Shown one piece after another: positions 1 to 22,775 of a DNA stretch of 64,000 nucleotides. The stretch lies in NCBI RefSeq assembly GCF_009914755.1, contig NC_060941.1; one strand, given 5' to 3'. Position 1 is the stretch's first letter, and each line of letters starts with the position of its first letter. Position numbers and translations under genes: made by a program. Source of the DNA: the human T2T-CHM13v2.0 reference genome, Homo sapiens. The notes below the pieces were generated by a model that ran no database searches, was not told where the DNA came from, and saw nothing but the letters and a program-made list of their open reading frames with translations.

Positions 1-136
1 GATTAGAGGCCTGAGCCACTGCACCTGGATTGCCTTTGCATTTTAAAGTTACAAGACTATTGGATACTTGGAAGTGATATTAATATTACTGGTTTTTGTT
101 GATTAGTAAGCACATGCACTTCTTTAATTCCCAAAG

Positions 137-319
137 CAGAACTGGAGGCTGATGTCAGCCATAAAGAAACCAAAAGGAAACTCGTAGAAGCAGAAAATTC
201 TAAGTCAAAAAGAAAGAAACCAAATGAGTATTCAAAAAATCTGGAGAAGACCAATAGGAAGTCAGAAGAACTTAGCAAAAGAAACAACTCTTCTGGGATA
301 AAGCTAGATTCTTCCAAAG
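137..319 (+). CDS. ATAD5: ATAD5 internal coding exon (first in window; ELEADVSHKETKRK...DSSK)
   Basis: ccaaAG acceptor (tandem AAGCAG) and aaag|GTATAT donor; 183 nt, phase 1-1; joins in frame to the next exon (SSK-DSGTEDMLWTEKY). Confidence 0.93.
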
Positions 320-1216
320 GTATATTTTCTAAAACATCCCAAAAGAAATAGATTGCTTTGAGGACATGCAAAGTGGAAACCAAAGCAGTAGAAGATTTTG
401 ATATGCTTTTTAAAAAATTTTAATTCAATTGTATTTTAATTTTAGATTTTCTTTTTCTTTTTTGAGACACAGTTTCTCTCTTGTCACCCAGGCTGGAGTG
501 CAATGGCACGATCTTCGCTCACTGCAACGTCCCTCCACCTCCTGGGTTCAGGTGATTCTCCTGCTTCAGCCTCCCGGGTAGCTGGGATTACAGGCACCCA
601 CCTGCACGCCCAGATAATTTTTTTTTTTTTTTGAGATGGAGTCTTGCACGGTCGCCCGGGCTGGAGCCCACCATCATGCCCAGCTAACTTTTTGTATTTT
701 TAGTAGAGACGGAATTGGCCAGGCTGGTCTCGAACTCCTGACCGCATTATTCACCCACCTCGGCCTCCCAAAGTGCTGGGATTACAGGTGTGAGCCACCG
801 TGCCTGGCCACGCCCAGGTAATTTTTATATTTTTAGTAGAGACAGAGTTTTACCATGTTGGCCAGGCTGGTCTCAAACTCCTGACCTCAGGTGATCCACC
901 CCCCACCCCCCTCCCCGCCCTTGGCCTCCCAAAGTGCAGATTTTGATATTCTAATAGATGATGACAGTCTGCACCAGAAATATTAACATCTTCCATTCCT
1001 GGTAAATTCGAGTTTTTCCTTCTAGTCCTAGAACTCTTTTTGTTTTTTAACTTTTCATTCTTTCTCCTTCTCTCTCTTTTTTTTTTCTTTTGCTCATTGC
1101 AACTTTCAAACAATAAATATGTGTTTGAAATAAATAGAACCTCACGGATTATGGGCTTACAAATGACCATATTAACAGATAGGTGTTCAGTCTTTGATTT
1201 TTCTGTGCTTCCATAA

Positions 1217-1628
<412 letters not shown>

Positions 1629-1695
1629 ATTTTTTTTTTTTTTTTGGTATTTTTAGTAGAGATGGGGTTTCGCCATGTTGGCCAGGCTGGCCTCA

Positions 1696-2945
<1,250 letters not shown>

Positions 2946-3313
2946 CAGGCTGGACTGTGGTAGCATGATCTGGACTCACTGCAGCCTCCACCTCCTGAGT
3001 TCAAGCGATTCTTCTGCCTCAGCCTCCTGAGTAGCTGGGATTACAGGAGCCCACCACCATGCTCGGCTACTTTATGTATTTTTTTTTTTTTTGAGACAGA
3101 GTCTCACTCTGTTGCCCATGCTGGAGTGCAGTGGCGCGATCTCGGCTCACTGCAAGCTCCGCCTCCTGGGTTCGTACCATCCTCCTGCCTCAGCTTCCTG
3201 AGTAGCTGGGACTACAGGTACATGCTGCCACGCCTGGCTAATTTTTTGTATTTTTAGTAGAGATGGGGTTTCACCGTGTTAGCCAGGATGGTCTTGATCT
3301 CCTGACCTTGTGA

Positions 3314-3875
<562 letters not shown>

Positions 3876-3884
3876 TAAATATTG

Positions 3885-4045
3885 CTGTTTGTGGTGGCTC
3901 ACATCTGTAGTCCCACCTACTCAGGAGGCTGAGGTGGGAGCTTGAGTCTGGAAGTTCAGGAATGCAGGGAGCTGTGTTTGTGCTTGTGAATAGCCACTGC
4001 AGTCCAGCCTGGGCAGCATAGCAAGACCTCATCTCTTAAAAAAAG
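3885..4045 (+). mobile_element. FAM (fossil Alu monomer)
   Basis: Monomer retaining the 7SL-derived gtgaatagccactgcagtccagcctgggcagcatagcaagacc end plus A tail. Confidence 0.75.
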
Positions 4046-4054
4046 AAAAAAACT

Positions 4055-4840
<786 letters not shown>

Positions 4841-4868
4841 TCCTAAAAAAAAAAAAACCAATGTTTAA

Positions 4869-5178
<310 letters not shown>

Positions 5179-5411
5179 TAACACTTTAATATTTTAATAA
5201 GATTATGGTGGTTATTTTTTTTTAGGGGGAAGGGTTTGGTGTGAAGAATTTTAAATGTAATGTTGTTTTAAAAGTACCTCTGGCATTTTGTAAATATAAA
5301 TATTTCTGCAAATACCTACTGTGACATTGTAACAATAATGTAAATGACTAATAATTCATATATGTTTATGTCAAGGAATGAATACCTTAATTTTTTTTTT
5401 TTTTGCTTTAG

Positions 5412-5508
5412 ATTCTGGAACTGAAGACATGCTTTGGACAGAAAAGTATCAACCTCAGACTGCCAGTGAACTTATAGGAAATGAGTTAGCTATAAAAAAG
5501 TTACATAG
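5412..5508 (+). CDS. ATAD5: ATAD5 exon, DSGTEDMLWTEKYQPQTASELIGNELAIKKLH (RFC box II WxEKYxP)
   Basis: Polypyrimidine tract + tttAG acceptor, atag|GTTGGT donor; RFC-family W(T/V)EKY(Q/R)P motif. Confidence 0.96.
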
Positions 5509-5777
5509 GTTGGTAAAATGTGTAAGGAATTGAGAAATAGTTTACAAACTTAGTTTTACTGTTTTTGTTTCGAAATTGTAGTTACAAAGTAATATATCTC
5601 ATGATAAAATCTTCAAAAAACTGGTAGAAGTTTAAGTGAAAAGTAGCCCTCTTTTCTTACATTTCTACTTCTCAGAGATAATCATTGAAAATTTTTTGTA
5701 AAAGCTTCCAGAAAAATATTTTTATGCATATGTTAGTTCCTTCCTTTCTAACAAATGGGATCACATTACTACTAATT

Positions 5778-5889
5778 CAGGTCCCCAGTCCTTCATCTTC
5801 AATTCTCACATCCAAAAAATTCTGAATAATGAAAGTTTATTGACTTTATTACATGAAATTTGTTACACCTTTACACTTAGTAGAATTTA

Positions 5890-5922
<33 letters not shown>

Positions 5923-6699
5923 CAAGACAGAGTCTCACTCTGTTGCCTAGGCTGGAGTGTAATGGCACGATCTTGGCTCACTACAGTCGCTGCCTCCCAG
6001 GTTCAACAGATTCTCCTGCCTCAGCCTCCTGAGTAGCTGGGACTACAGGGGTGCACCGCCATGCCAGGCTAATTTTTGTATTTTTGGTAGAGACAGTTTC
6101 GCCATGTTGGCCAGGCTGGTCTCAAACTCCTGACCTCAGGTGGTCCACCCGCCTTGGCCTCCTAAAGTGCTGGGATTACAGGTGTGAGCCACTGCACTTG
6201 GCCAGAATTCATATATTTTTTAATAAAAATATTAAGTGATGGCCCAGTGCAGTGGCTCACACCTGTAATCCCAGCACTTTGGGAAGCTGAGGCGGGCAGA
6301 TCACTTGAGGCTGGGAGTTCGAGACCAGCCTGGCCAACATGGTGAAACCCCATCTCTACTAAAAATACAAAAATTAGCTGGGTGTGGTGATGCACGCCTG
6401 TAATCCTGGCTACTGGAGAGGCTGAGGCATGAGAATCGCCTGAACCCGGGAGGTGAGGATTGCAGCGAGCCGAGGTCGTGCCAGTGCACTCCAGCCTGGG
6501 CAACAGAGTAAGACTCTGTCCCAAAACAAAGCAAAAAAACAAACCAAACCAACTTAAATGATTATGGGTGTACTGCCTAGACCCCATTAGGGGTATTATG
6601 TAATATGCAGTATATGTACCAAATAACCTTTTAAGTATCTGAAAAATTAATTCTAAAACAATCTGGTCCAAAGGATTTCATATAAGGATTTACGGACCC
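5778..6699 (+). mobile_element. MER46C-like Tigger fossil split by two head-to-head Alus (5895-6203 minus, 6241-6550 plus)
   Basis: caggtccccagtccttcatc start and ataaggatttacggacc end resemble degenerate terminal inverted repeats. Confidence 0.55.
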
Positions 6700-7114
6700 A
6701 TAATTACAGTTAATAGCGTGAACTTGGTACTACTGTTCTAAGTACTTGTATTGTTCCTTCTTTCTTTTTTTTTTTTTTACTTGTACTGTTCTTAATTCAT
6801 TTTATCCTTAGAATGGTACTGTGAGCAGTTGGGTACAGTGGCTCAAGCCTGTAATCCCAGTGCTTTCGTAAGCTGAGGCAGAAGGACTGCTTGTGGCCAG
6901 GAGTTTGAGAGCAGCCTGGGTGAAATAGGGAGACCCCATCTCTACAAAAAATAAAAAAAATAGCTGGGAATGATGGCGCCCACTTGGATTCTGAGCCACT
7001 CAGGAGCCTGAGGTGGGAGGGTCACATGAGTCCAAGGATTCGAGGCTGCAGTGAGCTATGATCGCACCCCTACACTCCAGTGACAAAGCAAGACTGTCTC
7101 AAAAAAAGAAAAAT

Positions 7115-7545
<431 letters not shown>

Positions 7546-8042
7546 TGAAGCAATTCACCTGCCTCCGCCTTCCAAAGTGCTGGGATTACAGGCCTGAGCC
7601 ACTGTGCCTGCCCTGCCACCTCAGTTCTTTTTAATTGCTGTATACCAGTTTCTAAGTGAGTGTACTATAATGTATTTTTCCCCAATGGTGTATTTTTATG
7701 TTTTTCCTGTTAGAGGCTAATATGAACAATGCTACAGTGAATATTCTTACACATATAGTCTTGTATATTTTGGCAGAAACTACTTCATTTAAAAATGTTC
7801 ATGTCCATGTAAAACTATTTTACTCTTTAGTTGATTCACAAGCACTGTGGAGTGTTTAGAAACTAACAATATGCCATATAAAGCTGTACTAGTAAAAATA
7901 ACAAGAAAGCCTTCATCAGTTGAATGGCCAGTGGCAGAGAAACTAACAATATGCCATAACTTCCCCCGATAATCATTTTAACATAAAGTCTAAGGCATAG
8001 CTATATTCTGTGAATTATTTTTATTATGTTTTCTTGTGGCAG

Positions 8043-8122
8043 TTGGTTGAAAGACTGGAAAAGAAGAGCTGAATTGGAAGAAAGGCAGAATCTGAAGGGA
8101 AAAAGAGATGAGAAACATGAAG
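8043..8122 (+). CDS. ATAD5: ATAD5 exon, [27 protein letters not shown]
   Basis: ggcAG acceptor, gaag|GTATTT donor; phases match neighbouring exons. Confidence 0.95.
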
Positions 8123-8523
8123 GTATTTTGTGTGTCTTTTTTTTTTTTTTTACCATTTCACTGAACATTTTTAGAGTTACATTAACTAAAACTTTCTATA
8201 AAATTTCTTTTTTTTTTAATTTTTTTTTTTTTTTGGAGACAGAGTCTTGCTCTGTTTCCCATAGTGGAGTGCAGTGGCGCAATCTCGGCTCACTGCTACC
8301 TCCGCCTCCCGGGTCAAGTGATTCTCATGCCTCAGCCTCCTGAGTAGCTGGGATTACAGGCGCCTGCCGCCACGCCCGACTAATTTTTGTATTTTTAGTA
8401 GAGATGGGGTTTCACCATCTTGGCCAGGCTGGTCTTGAACTCCTGACCTCGTGATCCACCCACCTTGGCCTCCCAAAGTGCTGGGATTAAGCAGTGGCAT
8501 GAGCCACTGCACCTGGCCTATAA

Positions 8524-8772
<249 letters not shown>

Positions 8773-8957
8773 TGATCTGCCCGCCTCAGCTTCCCAAAGT
8801 GCTGGGATTACAGGCATGTGCCACTGCGTCCGGCCTGTATAAAGTAATTTTTCAGCATCTATTGCAAGAAGTTTGTGGGATTTGATCACTGGGTTTCATA
8901 AGGTAGAATTGCTTCCTCAGCAATTGTCATTTTATATGCATTTGAATAATTTTTCAG

Positions 8958-9100
8958 ATTTCTCGGGTGGCATAGACTTTAAAGGCAGTTCAGATGATGA
9001 AGAAGAGAGTCGTCTTTGCAATACTGTCCTTATAACAGGGCCAACAGGAGTGGGAAAAACTGCTGCAGTGTATGCTTGTGCCCAGGAGCTTGGATTTAAG
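8958..9100 (+). CDS. ATAD5: ATAD5 exon with Walker A (LITGPTGVGKT)
   Basis: ttttcAG acceptor, taag|GTTAGT donor; P-loop GPTGVGKT at 9038-9061. Confidence 0.97.
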
Positions 9101-9205
9101 GTTAGTAACAGCTATGATGAGAGAATGTTAATGTAATAATTACCCTTGGATTAAAAGGAAACATAAACCATTCTCCCTTCGTTTTTTCTTATATTCTTCT
9201 TTTAG

Positions 9206-9356
9206 ATATTTGAAGTGAATGCCTCTTCCCAGCGCAGTGGTAGACAAATTCTATCTCAGTTGAAGGAAGCTACTCAGTCCCATCAAGTAGACAAACAAGG
9301 TGTAAACTCACAAAAACCCTGTTTTTTTAATAGCTACTACATAGGCAAGTCACCAA
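9206..9356 (+). CDS. ATAD5: ATAD5 exon, IFEVNASSQRSGRQILSQLKEATQSH...GKSP (RFC box IV E-N-A-S)
   Basis: 105-nt upstream intron with tttAG; ccaa|GTAAGT donor; EVNASSQR motif. Confidence 0.96.
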
Positions 9357-9449
9357 GTAAGTAAACTATTTTCCTTAAGCCATAATGTTTTGAAAAAAAT
9401 AAAATCTAAGAAAGTAATGTTAATTATCAGCATTTTGCCATTTATTTTT

Positions 9450-12830
<3,381 letters not shown>

Positions 12831-13004
12831 ATCCCATCTTATTTTCTTTTGGTGCTCATATTTTTCCATCTTTGACTAGCAAGGAACTATTTTAATTGGT
12901 TTGTGTCCTTTTGACATTACCCCAGCAATAGTTGATATTTTACTTGCTTTCTGGCATGTCAGGATGTCCCAGACCTACAGTTAGCTGTTTCTGCAAGAAG
13001 GTAG

Positions 13005-13151
<147 letters not shown>

Positions 13152-13657
13152 TGAGTAGCTGAGACTACAGGTGTGCGCCACCATGCCTGGCTAATATTTG
13201 TGTTTTTAGTAGAGACACGGTTTCACCATGTTGGCTAGGCTGGTCTCGAACTCCTAACCTCAGGTGATCCATCTGCCTTGGATTCTTGAAGTGCTGGGAT
13301 TACAGGCGTGAGCCACTGTGCCTGGCCAATTTTTTTAGAAAGAATATATTGATATAGTTTAGCCAGCTACTCACAGAGTATCTTAAAATAAAAATTGCCT
13401 TTTTTTTTTTTTTTTTGAAAAGACGGGGTCTTCCTCTGTTGCCAAGGTTGGATTGCAGTGATGCAATCATAGCTCATTGCAAACTTGAACTCCTGGGCTC
13501 AGATGATCCTCCTGCTTTAGCCTCCCAGAGTGCTGGGATTGCAGGTATGTGCCACTGCACTTGGCTAAGCATGTATTTTTAAAACCAGTCTTTGGGCCGG
13601 GTACAGTGGGTCATGCCTGTAATCCCAGCACTATGGGAGGCTGAGGCAGGTGGATCA

Positions 13658-13924
<267 letters not shown>

Positions 13925-14033
13925 TCAAGCAGTCCTTGGTCTATATCAAAATAAGAAAAATAAGGACAAAGGCCAGGCACGGTGGCTCATGCCTGTAATC
14001 CCAGCACTTTGGGAGGCTGAGGTGGGCGGATCA

Positions 14034-14575
<542 letters not shown>

Positions 14576-15565
14576 TGATCTGCCTGCCTTGGCCCCCCAA
14601 AGTGCTGAGATTACAGGCGTGAGCCACTGTGCCCTGCCAAATATTTTTATATTTTAAGATATTGCATCTCTTACCTGTGGTGTTGAAATGTTCTATATTT
14701 TTGAAATGATGGTCATGTCTGTGACAGCTTTTTTAACCTCGAGATTTTCAGTAAGCTTATTGAACACCTCTAATATACAAGGGCTATGATAAGATCTATG
14801 GAGATAGAGGGTAGAAAAAAAGAATAGGACACAGATATGGAACTGTGATCATGAGATGGTATGTGAGGAAGATCCTGTTCTGAGGCCATACAGTAATTAG
14901 GATTTGTAAGGACTAAATCCAGGTACCTAGAGGGGAAGAGAGGATGTATTATGTGGAAAAATGCCATGGGGCTTTTGGAGAATAGAGGTGAACTATTTAT
15001 TTTTTAACTTCGTATCTATCTTCCAAAGCATCTCTAAAAATACATTTTATTGGCTTGCAATATTAATTTACTGCAGGTCTAAATTAAAGTTGAACAACAA
15101 AGTTCTGTAATGTGCTCAGTGTATACTGTTATTTTCCCTCCACCCTCTTCTTTCTTTAAGCAGGTGTAGAAAAAAATGAACAGAGGTACTGTGAACAGTA
15201 TTTGTTGTAAGAATGTGTATTTCTGGCTGGGTACAGGGGCCCACGCTTGTAATCCTAGCACTTTAGGAGGCTGAGGCAGGCGGATCGCTTGAGCTCAGGA
15301 GTTTGAGACCAGCCTGGACAACATGGCAAAACCCATCTCTACTAAAAATACAAACGATTAGCCAGGCGTGGTGGTGTGCTCCTGTAGTCCCAGCTACTTG
15401 GGGGGCTGGGCAGGAGGATCACTTGAGCCTGGGAGGTGGAAACTGCAGTGAGCTGAGATCATACCACTTCACTCCAGCCTGGGTGACAAAGTGAGACCCT
15501 GACTCAAAAAAAAAAAAAAATGTGTGTTTCTTTGGAGTAGAGTGTCTTTTCTAAATGACTGGCTT

Positions 15566-16016
<451 letters not shown>

Positions 16017-16083
16017 CTAACTGTCTTGCTACCTGTATGATTTTTAGAATATTTATCTTTAAGTGCAATTTGTTTTTGGGCAG

Positions 16084-16260
16084 AAAAAATAAGCTCCCCT
16101 AAGAAAGTTGTTACATCACCAAGAAAAGTTCCTCCACCATCACCAAAAAGTAGTGGACCAAAGCGAGCACTTCCTCCCAAAACCTTGGCAAATTATTTTA
16201 AAGTATCTCCCAAACCTAAAAATAATGAAGAAATAGGAATGCTTCTGGAAAATAATAAAG
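16084..16260 (+). CDS. ATAD5: ATAD5 exon, SP/K-rich insert (KKISSPKKVVTSPRKVPPPSPK...ENNK)
   Basis: ggcAG acceptor, aaag|GTAAGA donor; 177 nt, phase 1-1, open frame. Confidence 0.94.
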
Positions 16261-16400
16261 GTAAGACATTAAATTGACAAATTTTATATTTTTTAATAAT
16301 AATGACCCTTATACCTAAAAATGTGAGCACATTTTACGAGTTCCTGTTGCTATTTATTAAATCTCAGCTACACTGAAGGTTCTACATGTAGAAGTGTTAA

Positions 16401-16646
<246 letters not shown>

Positions 16647-16750
16647 TGAACTCCTGACCTCAAGTGATCCACCCACCTTAGCATCCCAAAGTGCTGGGAT
16701 TACAGATATGAGCCACCACGCCCAGCTTGTTTCAGTTTTTGTTTGTTTGA

Positions 16751-17089
<339 letters not shown>

Positions 17090-17126
17090 TGATTTTACCT
17101 AAAATATTAATATTGTATTTATGCAG

Positions 17127-17260
17127 GAATAAAAAATTCTTTTGAACAGAAACAAATTACTCAGACTAAATCTACAAATGCAACTAATTCAAATGTCAAA
17201 GACGTTGGAGCTGAAGAACCCAGCAGAAAAAATGCAACATCTCTTATTCTTTTTGAGGAG
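17127..17260 (+). CDS. ATAD5: ATAD5 exon ending in first part of Walker B (SLILFEE)
   Basis: atgcAG acceptor, ggag|GTAGGC donor; joins to VD of the next exon. Confidence 0.95.
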
Positions 17261-17713
17261 GTAGGCTTATAGAAGTATACATTTGTGAGAGCTCATGATA
17301 AAGACTTACTTTAAAGAATACTGTATGTTTTCTTATAAAGAATTGTAAAATAGCTAAGGAGGTCAGGAATACGTGTATCTATTTGAAATTAAAGCAAATT
17401 AAACTGTCCACTCTAGAATAATTTTTCAGGAAGATGATTAATGTAATTCACGGCTGCTAATTATTGTTAAATGATTGTATAAATTATTCTGATCCATATC
17501 TGTCTAGTTATAGGTGGCTGCGTTTGTTTTTAACATTTGATAGTTGATAATTTTAAAATTCATTATAGTGTATGACATAAACTTTCAACATGAGCTGAAT
17601 TCACACTTCATAAATTCATAAATTTTGTCTCTAACAGACATAGAATATTTACTATGTATACATAACTGATATTAGTAAGTGTATTAATATATTAATATTC
17701 TAATAAACTGTAG

Positions 17714-17807
17714 GTTGATGTAATTTTTGATGAAGATGCTGGGTTTTTGAATGCAATCAAAACATTCATGGCAACAACTAAACGACCTGTAATCCTTACT
17801 ACAAGTG
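17714..17807 (+). CDS. ATAD5: ATAD5 exon, VDVIFDEDAGFLNAIKTFMATTKRPVILTTS (end of Walker B to sensor 1)
   Basis: ctgtAG acceptor, agtg|GTAGGT donor; RP-hhh-T sensor-1 motif of RFC large subunits. Confidence 0.95.
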
Positions 17808-18389
17808 GTAGGTAACAATGATTTTACTTCAGTTAAACAGTTACTCAAATCTGTAGTTCATCTGCAGACTGGAGTAATTATAATTAACTCACAAATAGCA
17901 ATTACTTTTTTAAAATTGATACTACTTTGGGTTACTATGTTGGGTATTAGATATTTAGGAATTGGAGAACAATCTCTAGAATGCAAATAAGAAATCTAGT
18001 AATGGTATTTTGGTAGGGAAAATACTAGATTCTTCTCCTGGTGTCCTTATCATACCTATAATCAGATCACTAAATCTGATTTAGTGGTCAGGATTTTTTA
18101 TGGAACCCAACCTTTCTGCTGTTCCTTAATCCTGAACTTAGCCACTCTTTTGCCCCTGATAACACTTTCTTATGAATTATTGTATATTTAGCTATCATCA
18201 GCCTAATAGAATTGATCCATCTTCTAAAGAATTATCACAGAATGTTTCATTTTAAAAACTCATTCAATTTCTTTTTCAAAAAATTGGAAATACTATAATA
18301 ATTTTCTAATATTTTTCCAATTATAAATATTCATGAGGCTAGTCTCTACTTACAAATTAATGCCCATTTGGTAGTGATTGTACTCTTAA

Positions 18390-18566
<177 letters not shown>

Positions 18567-19101
18567 TGAGTAGCTGGGACTACAGGCACACACCACCACG
18601 CCCAGCTAATTTTTGTATTTTTAGTAGAGACAGGGTTTCACCATATTGGTCAGGCTGGTCTCGAACTCCTGACCTCATGTGATCCACCTGCCTCGGCCTC
18701 CCAAAGTGCTGGGATCATAGGCATGAGGCACTGTGCCCAGCTGGTAGTTTTATTAGAAGATCATAGTTGGCCAGGTGTGGTGGCTCATGCCTTTAATTCC
18801 AGCACTTTGGGAGGCTAAGGTGGGCACTTGAACCTGGGAGTTTTGAGATCAGCCTGGGCACTATAGTGAGACCCCCATCTCTACAAAAAAACTTAAAAAT
18901 TATCTGGGCATGGCAGCTTGAGCTTATAATCCTAGCTGCTTGGGAAGCTGAGGCAGAGGATCACTTGAGCCCAGGAGTTTGAGGCTGCAGTGAGCTATGA
19001 CTGCACCACAGCACTAGGCAGTGGTGGGGAGGCGGGTGCTGAATATTTTCATAGAAACGTATAACTTGAAAAAGTTATTTATTGGTCTTAGTGTTTAAGA
19101 A

Positions 19102-19131
19102 TTTTTTTTTTTTGTGTGTGTGTGTGTGTGT
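19102..19131 (+). repeat. T12(GT)9 compound microsatellite forming an ATAD5 acceptor
   Basis: Direct reading: 12 T then (GT)9 then AG and the exon. Confidence 0.95.
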
Positions 19132-19133
19132 AG

Positions 19134-19198
19134 ACCCAACATTTAGTTTAATGTTTGATGGCTGCTTTGAAGAAATCAAGTTCAGTACTCCTTCCCTG
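19134..19198 (+). CDS. ATAD5: ATAD5 exon, DPTFSLMFDGCFEEIKFSTPSL
   Basis: T12(GT)9AG acceptor, cctg|GTAAGT donor; 65 nt, restores frame with neighbours. Confidence 0.94.
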
Positions 19199-19253
19199 GT
19201 AAGTTTTAAATTTTGATAGCCACAAATTACATATCACCATCCTGTAAAAGTAG

Positions 19254-19572
<319 letters not shown>

Positions 19573-19583
19573 CAATACAGCTA

Positions 19584-19715
<132 letters not shown>

Positions 19716-19900
19716 TCAATCAATCAATAAGGCCAGGCACAGTTGCTCATGCCTGTAATCCCAGCACTTTGGGAGGCTGAGGAGGGCAGATTGCTTGAGC
19801 TCTGGAGTTCGAGACTAGCTTGGGCAACATGGCAAAACCCTGTCTCTACACAAAAATACAAAAAATTAGCCAGGTGTGGTGGCACATGCCTGTAGTCCTA

Positions 19901-20276
<376 letters not shown>

Positions 20277-21031
20277 CTATTGCACTCCAGCCTGGGCAAC
20301 AAGAGTGAAACTACATCTCAAAAAAAAAAAAAAAGAAAAAAGAGCTATAATTTAAATGTGGTTTCTAAGGAATATGTTAAAATTTTTAAGTTTTAGGAAA
20401 CTTCTGATTATTTCTCTTTTTTTTGCTTTAAAAATGTGTTTTCTTAAATTTAAAATAATTTTTACTAGGCTTCAATGTTCACTAGGTTTTTTGCCTAGTA
20501 AAAGTGCTTTTCTGAGGTAAAATTTAAATGGAGTTAAAATGCCCTTACATGAATAACTTAATGAATATATTTTGTACATATAACATATGTAAAAATCAGT
20601 GTCATCATTATGCAGATCAGAATATAGAGCATTTCCATTACCTCCTAAAGTTCTCATGGACCCTTTCTAGTAAGAATCCCCTTTTCCACCAGAAATAGCC
20701 ACCTTTTTTTTTTCTTACGATGATGAACAAGGCACTTTTTTAACCTTTAAAAAGATAGTGTTTTTGTGTATATGTCTTTTTTTCTTATTTTTTCCTTTTT
20801 CTTTTTTTTCATTCTTCTAAAAAAAAAAAGTTTTTAAAATTAACATTGAGTTGCTGGGCATGGTGGCTCATACTTGTAATCCCAGCACTTTGGGAGGCTG
20901 AGGTTAGAGGATTGCTTGAGGCCAACAGTTCCAGGCTGCAGTGAGATAATTGTGGTCAGGTCAATTTTACTGTATGGGTTATTTTATTTTTTTAGGTGAG
21001 GTCTCACTCTGTTACCCAAGCTGGAGTGTAG

Positions 21032-21232
<201 letters not shown>

Positions 21233-21328
21233 TGAACTCTTGACCTCAAGTAATCCACCCACCTTGGCCTCTTAAAGAGCTGGGATTACAGGCGTGAGCC
21301 ACCGCGCCCGACCCTGTTCTTACTTTTA

Positions 21329-22324
<996 letters not shown>

Positions 22325-22473
22325 CTAGACAATTCTTCATTCTTCCTTTTCTGCAGTCTTTTGGATTAACCAAGTATATTATTTCATTTCACCTTCACTG
22401 TTGGCTTTCAGCTATATGCTAATATGGTCTCCACTACCCAAATGAAGCTATTGAGCTTTTAAAATGTGGCTAG

Positions 22474-22775
22474 TCTACAGTTAATAAAAGATCACATTTT
22501 GTATGATAATAATTGTATGAAATGTCCAGAATAGGCACATTTATAGAGACAGAAAGTGGATTCATAGCTGCCTAAGGCTAGAGGAGCTAGGTAGAAATAG
22601 GGAGTGACTGCTGATTGGTCTGGGGTTTCTTTTGGGGATGATGAAAATGCTCTGTAATTAGATAGTGGTAATGGGTGCAAAACTCTATAAATATACTAAA
22701 ACCATTGAATTTTACATGTTAAGTGGGTGAATTGTATAGTATATGAATTATATCTAAATACGGCTTATTATCTAT
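22474..22775 (+). mobile_element. L1MB-type 3' end inserted in a MER33/Charlie-like fossil (about 22430-23630)
   Basis: atgaaatgtccagaataggca...gagacagaaagt...gaattatatctaaata L1MB 3'UTR; flanked by ttttaaaatgtggctag repeats. Confidence 0.75.

Noticed and set aside
57-383. Minus-strand ORFs opposite ATAD5/TEFM exons (also 15992, 32999 and the + strand 43977)
   Set aside because: Antisense shadows of real exons
17429-17495. Box C/D snoRNA-like layout (GGA-AG-ATGATTA ... CTGA-TCC) in an ATAD5 intron
   Set aside because: Box C has a mismatch at the G that pairs with box D, the stem is only 3 bp and the guide region is low-complexity AT
17240-17719. Non-canonical Walker B (LILFEEVD instead of hhhhDE) as a novelty
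   Set aside because: Matches the ATAD5 sequence as I recall it; EE-type Walker B variants are known in alternative RFC large subunits
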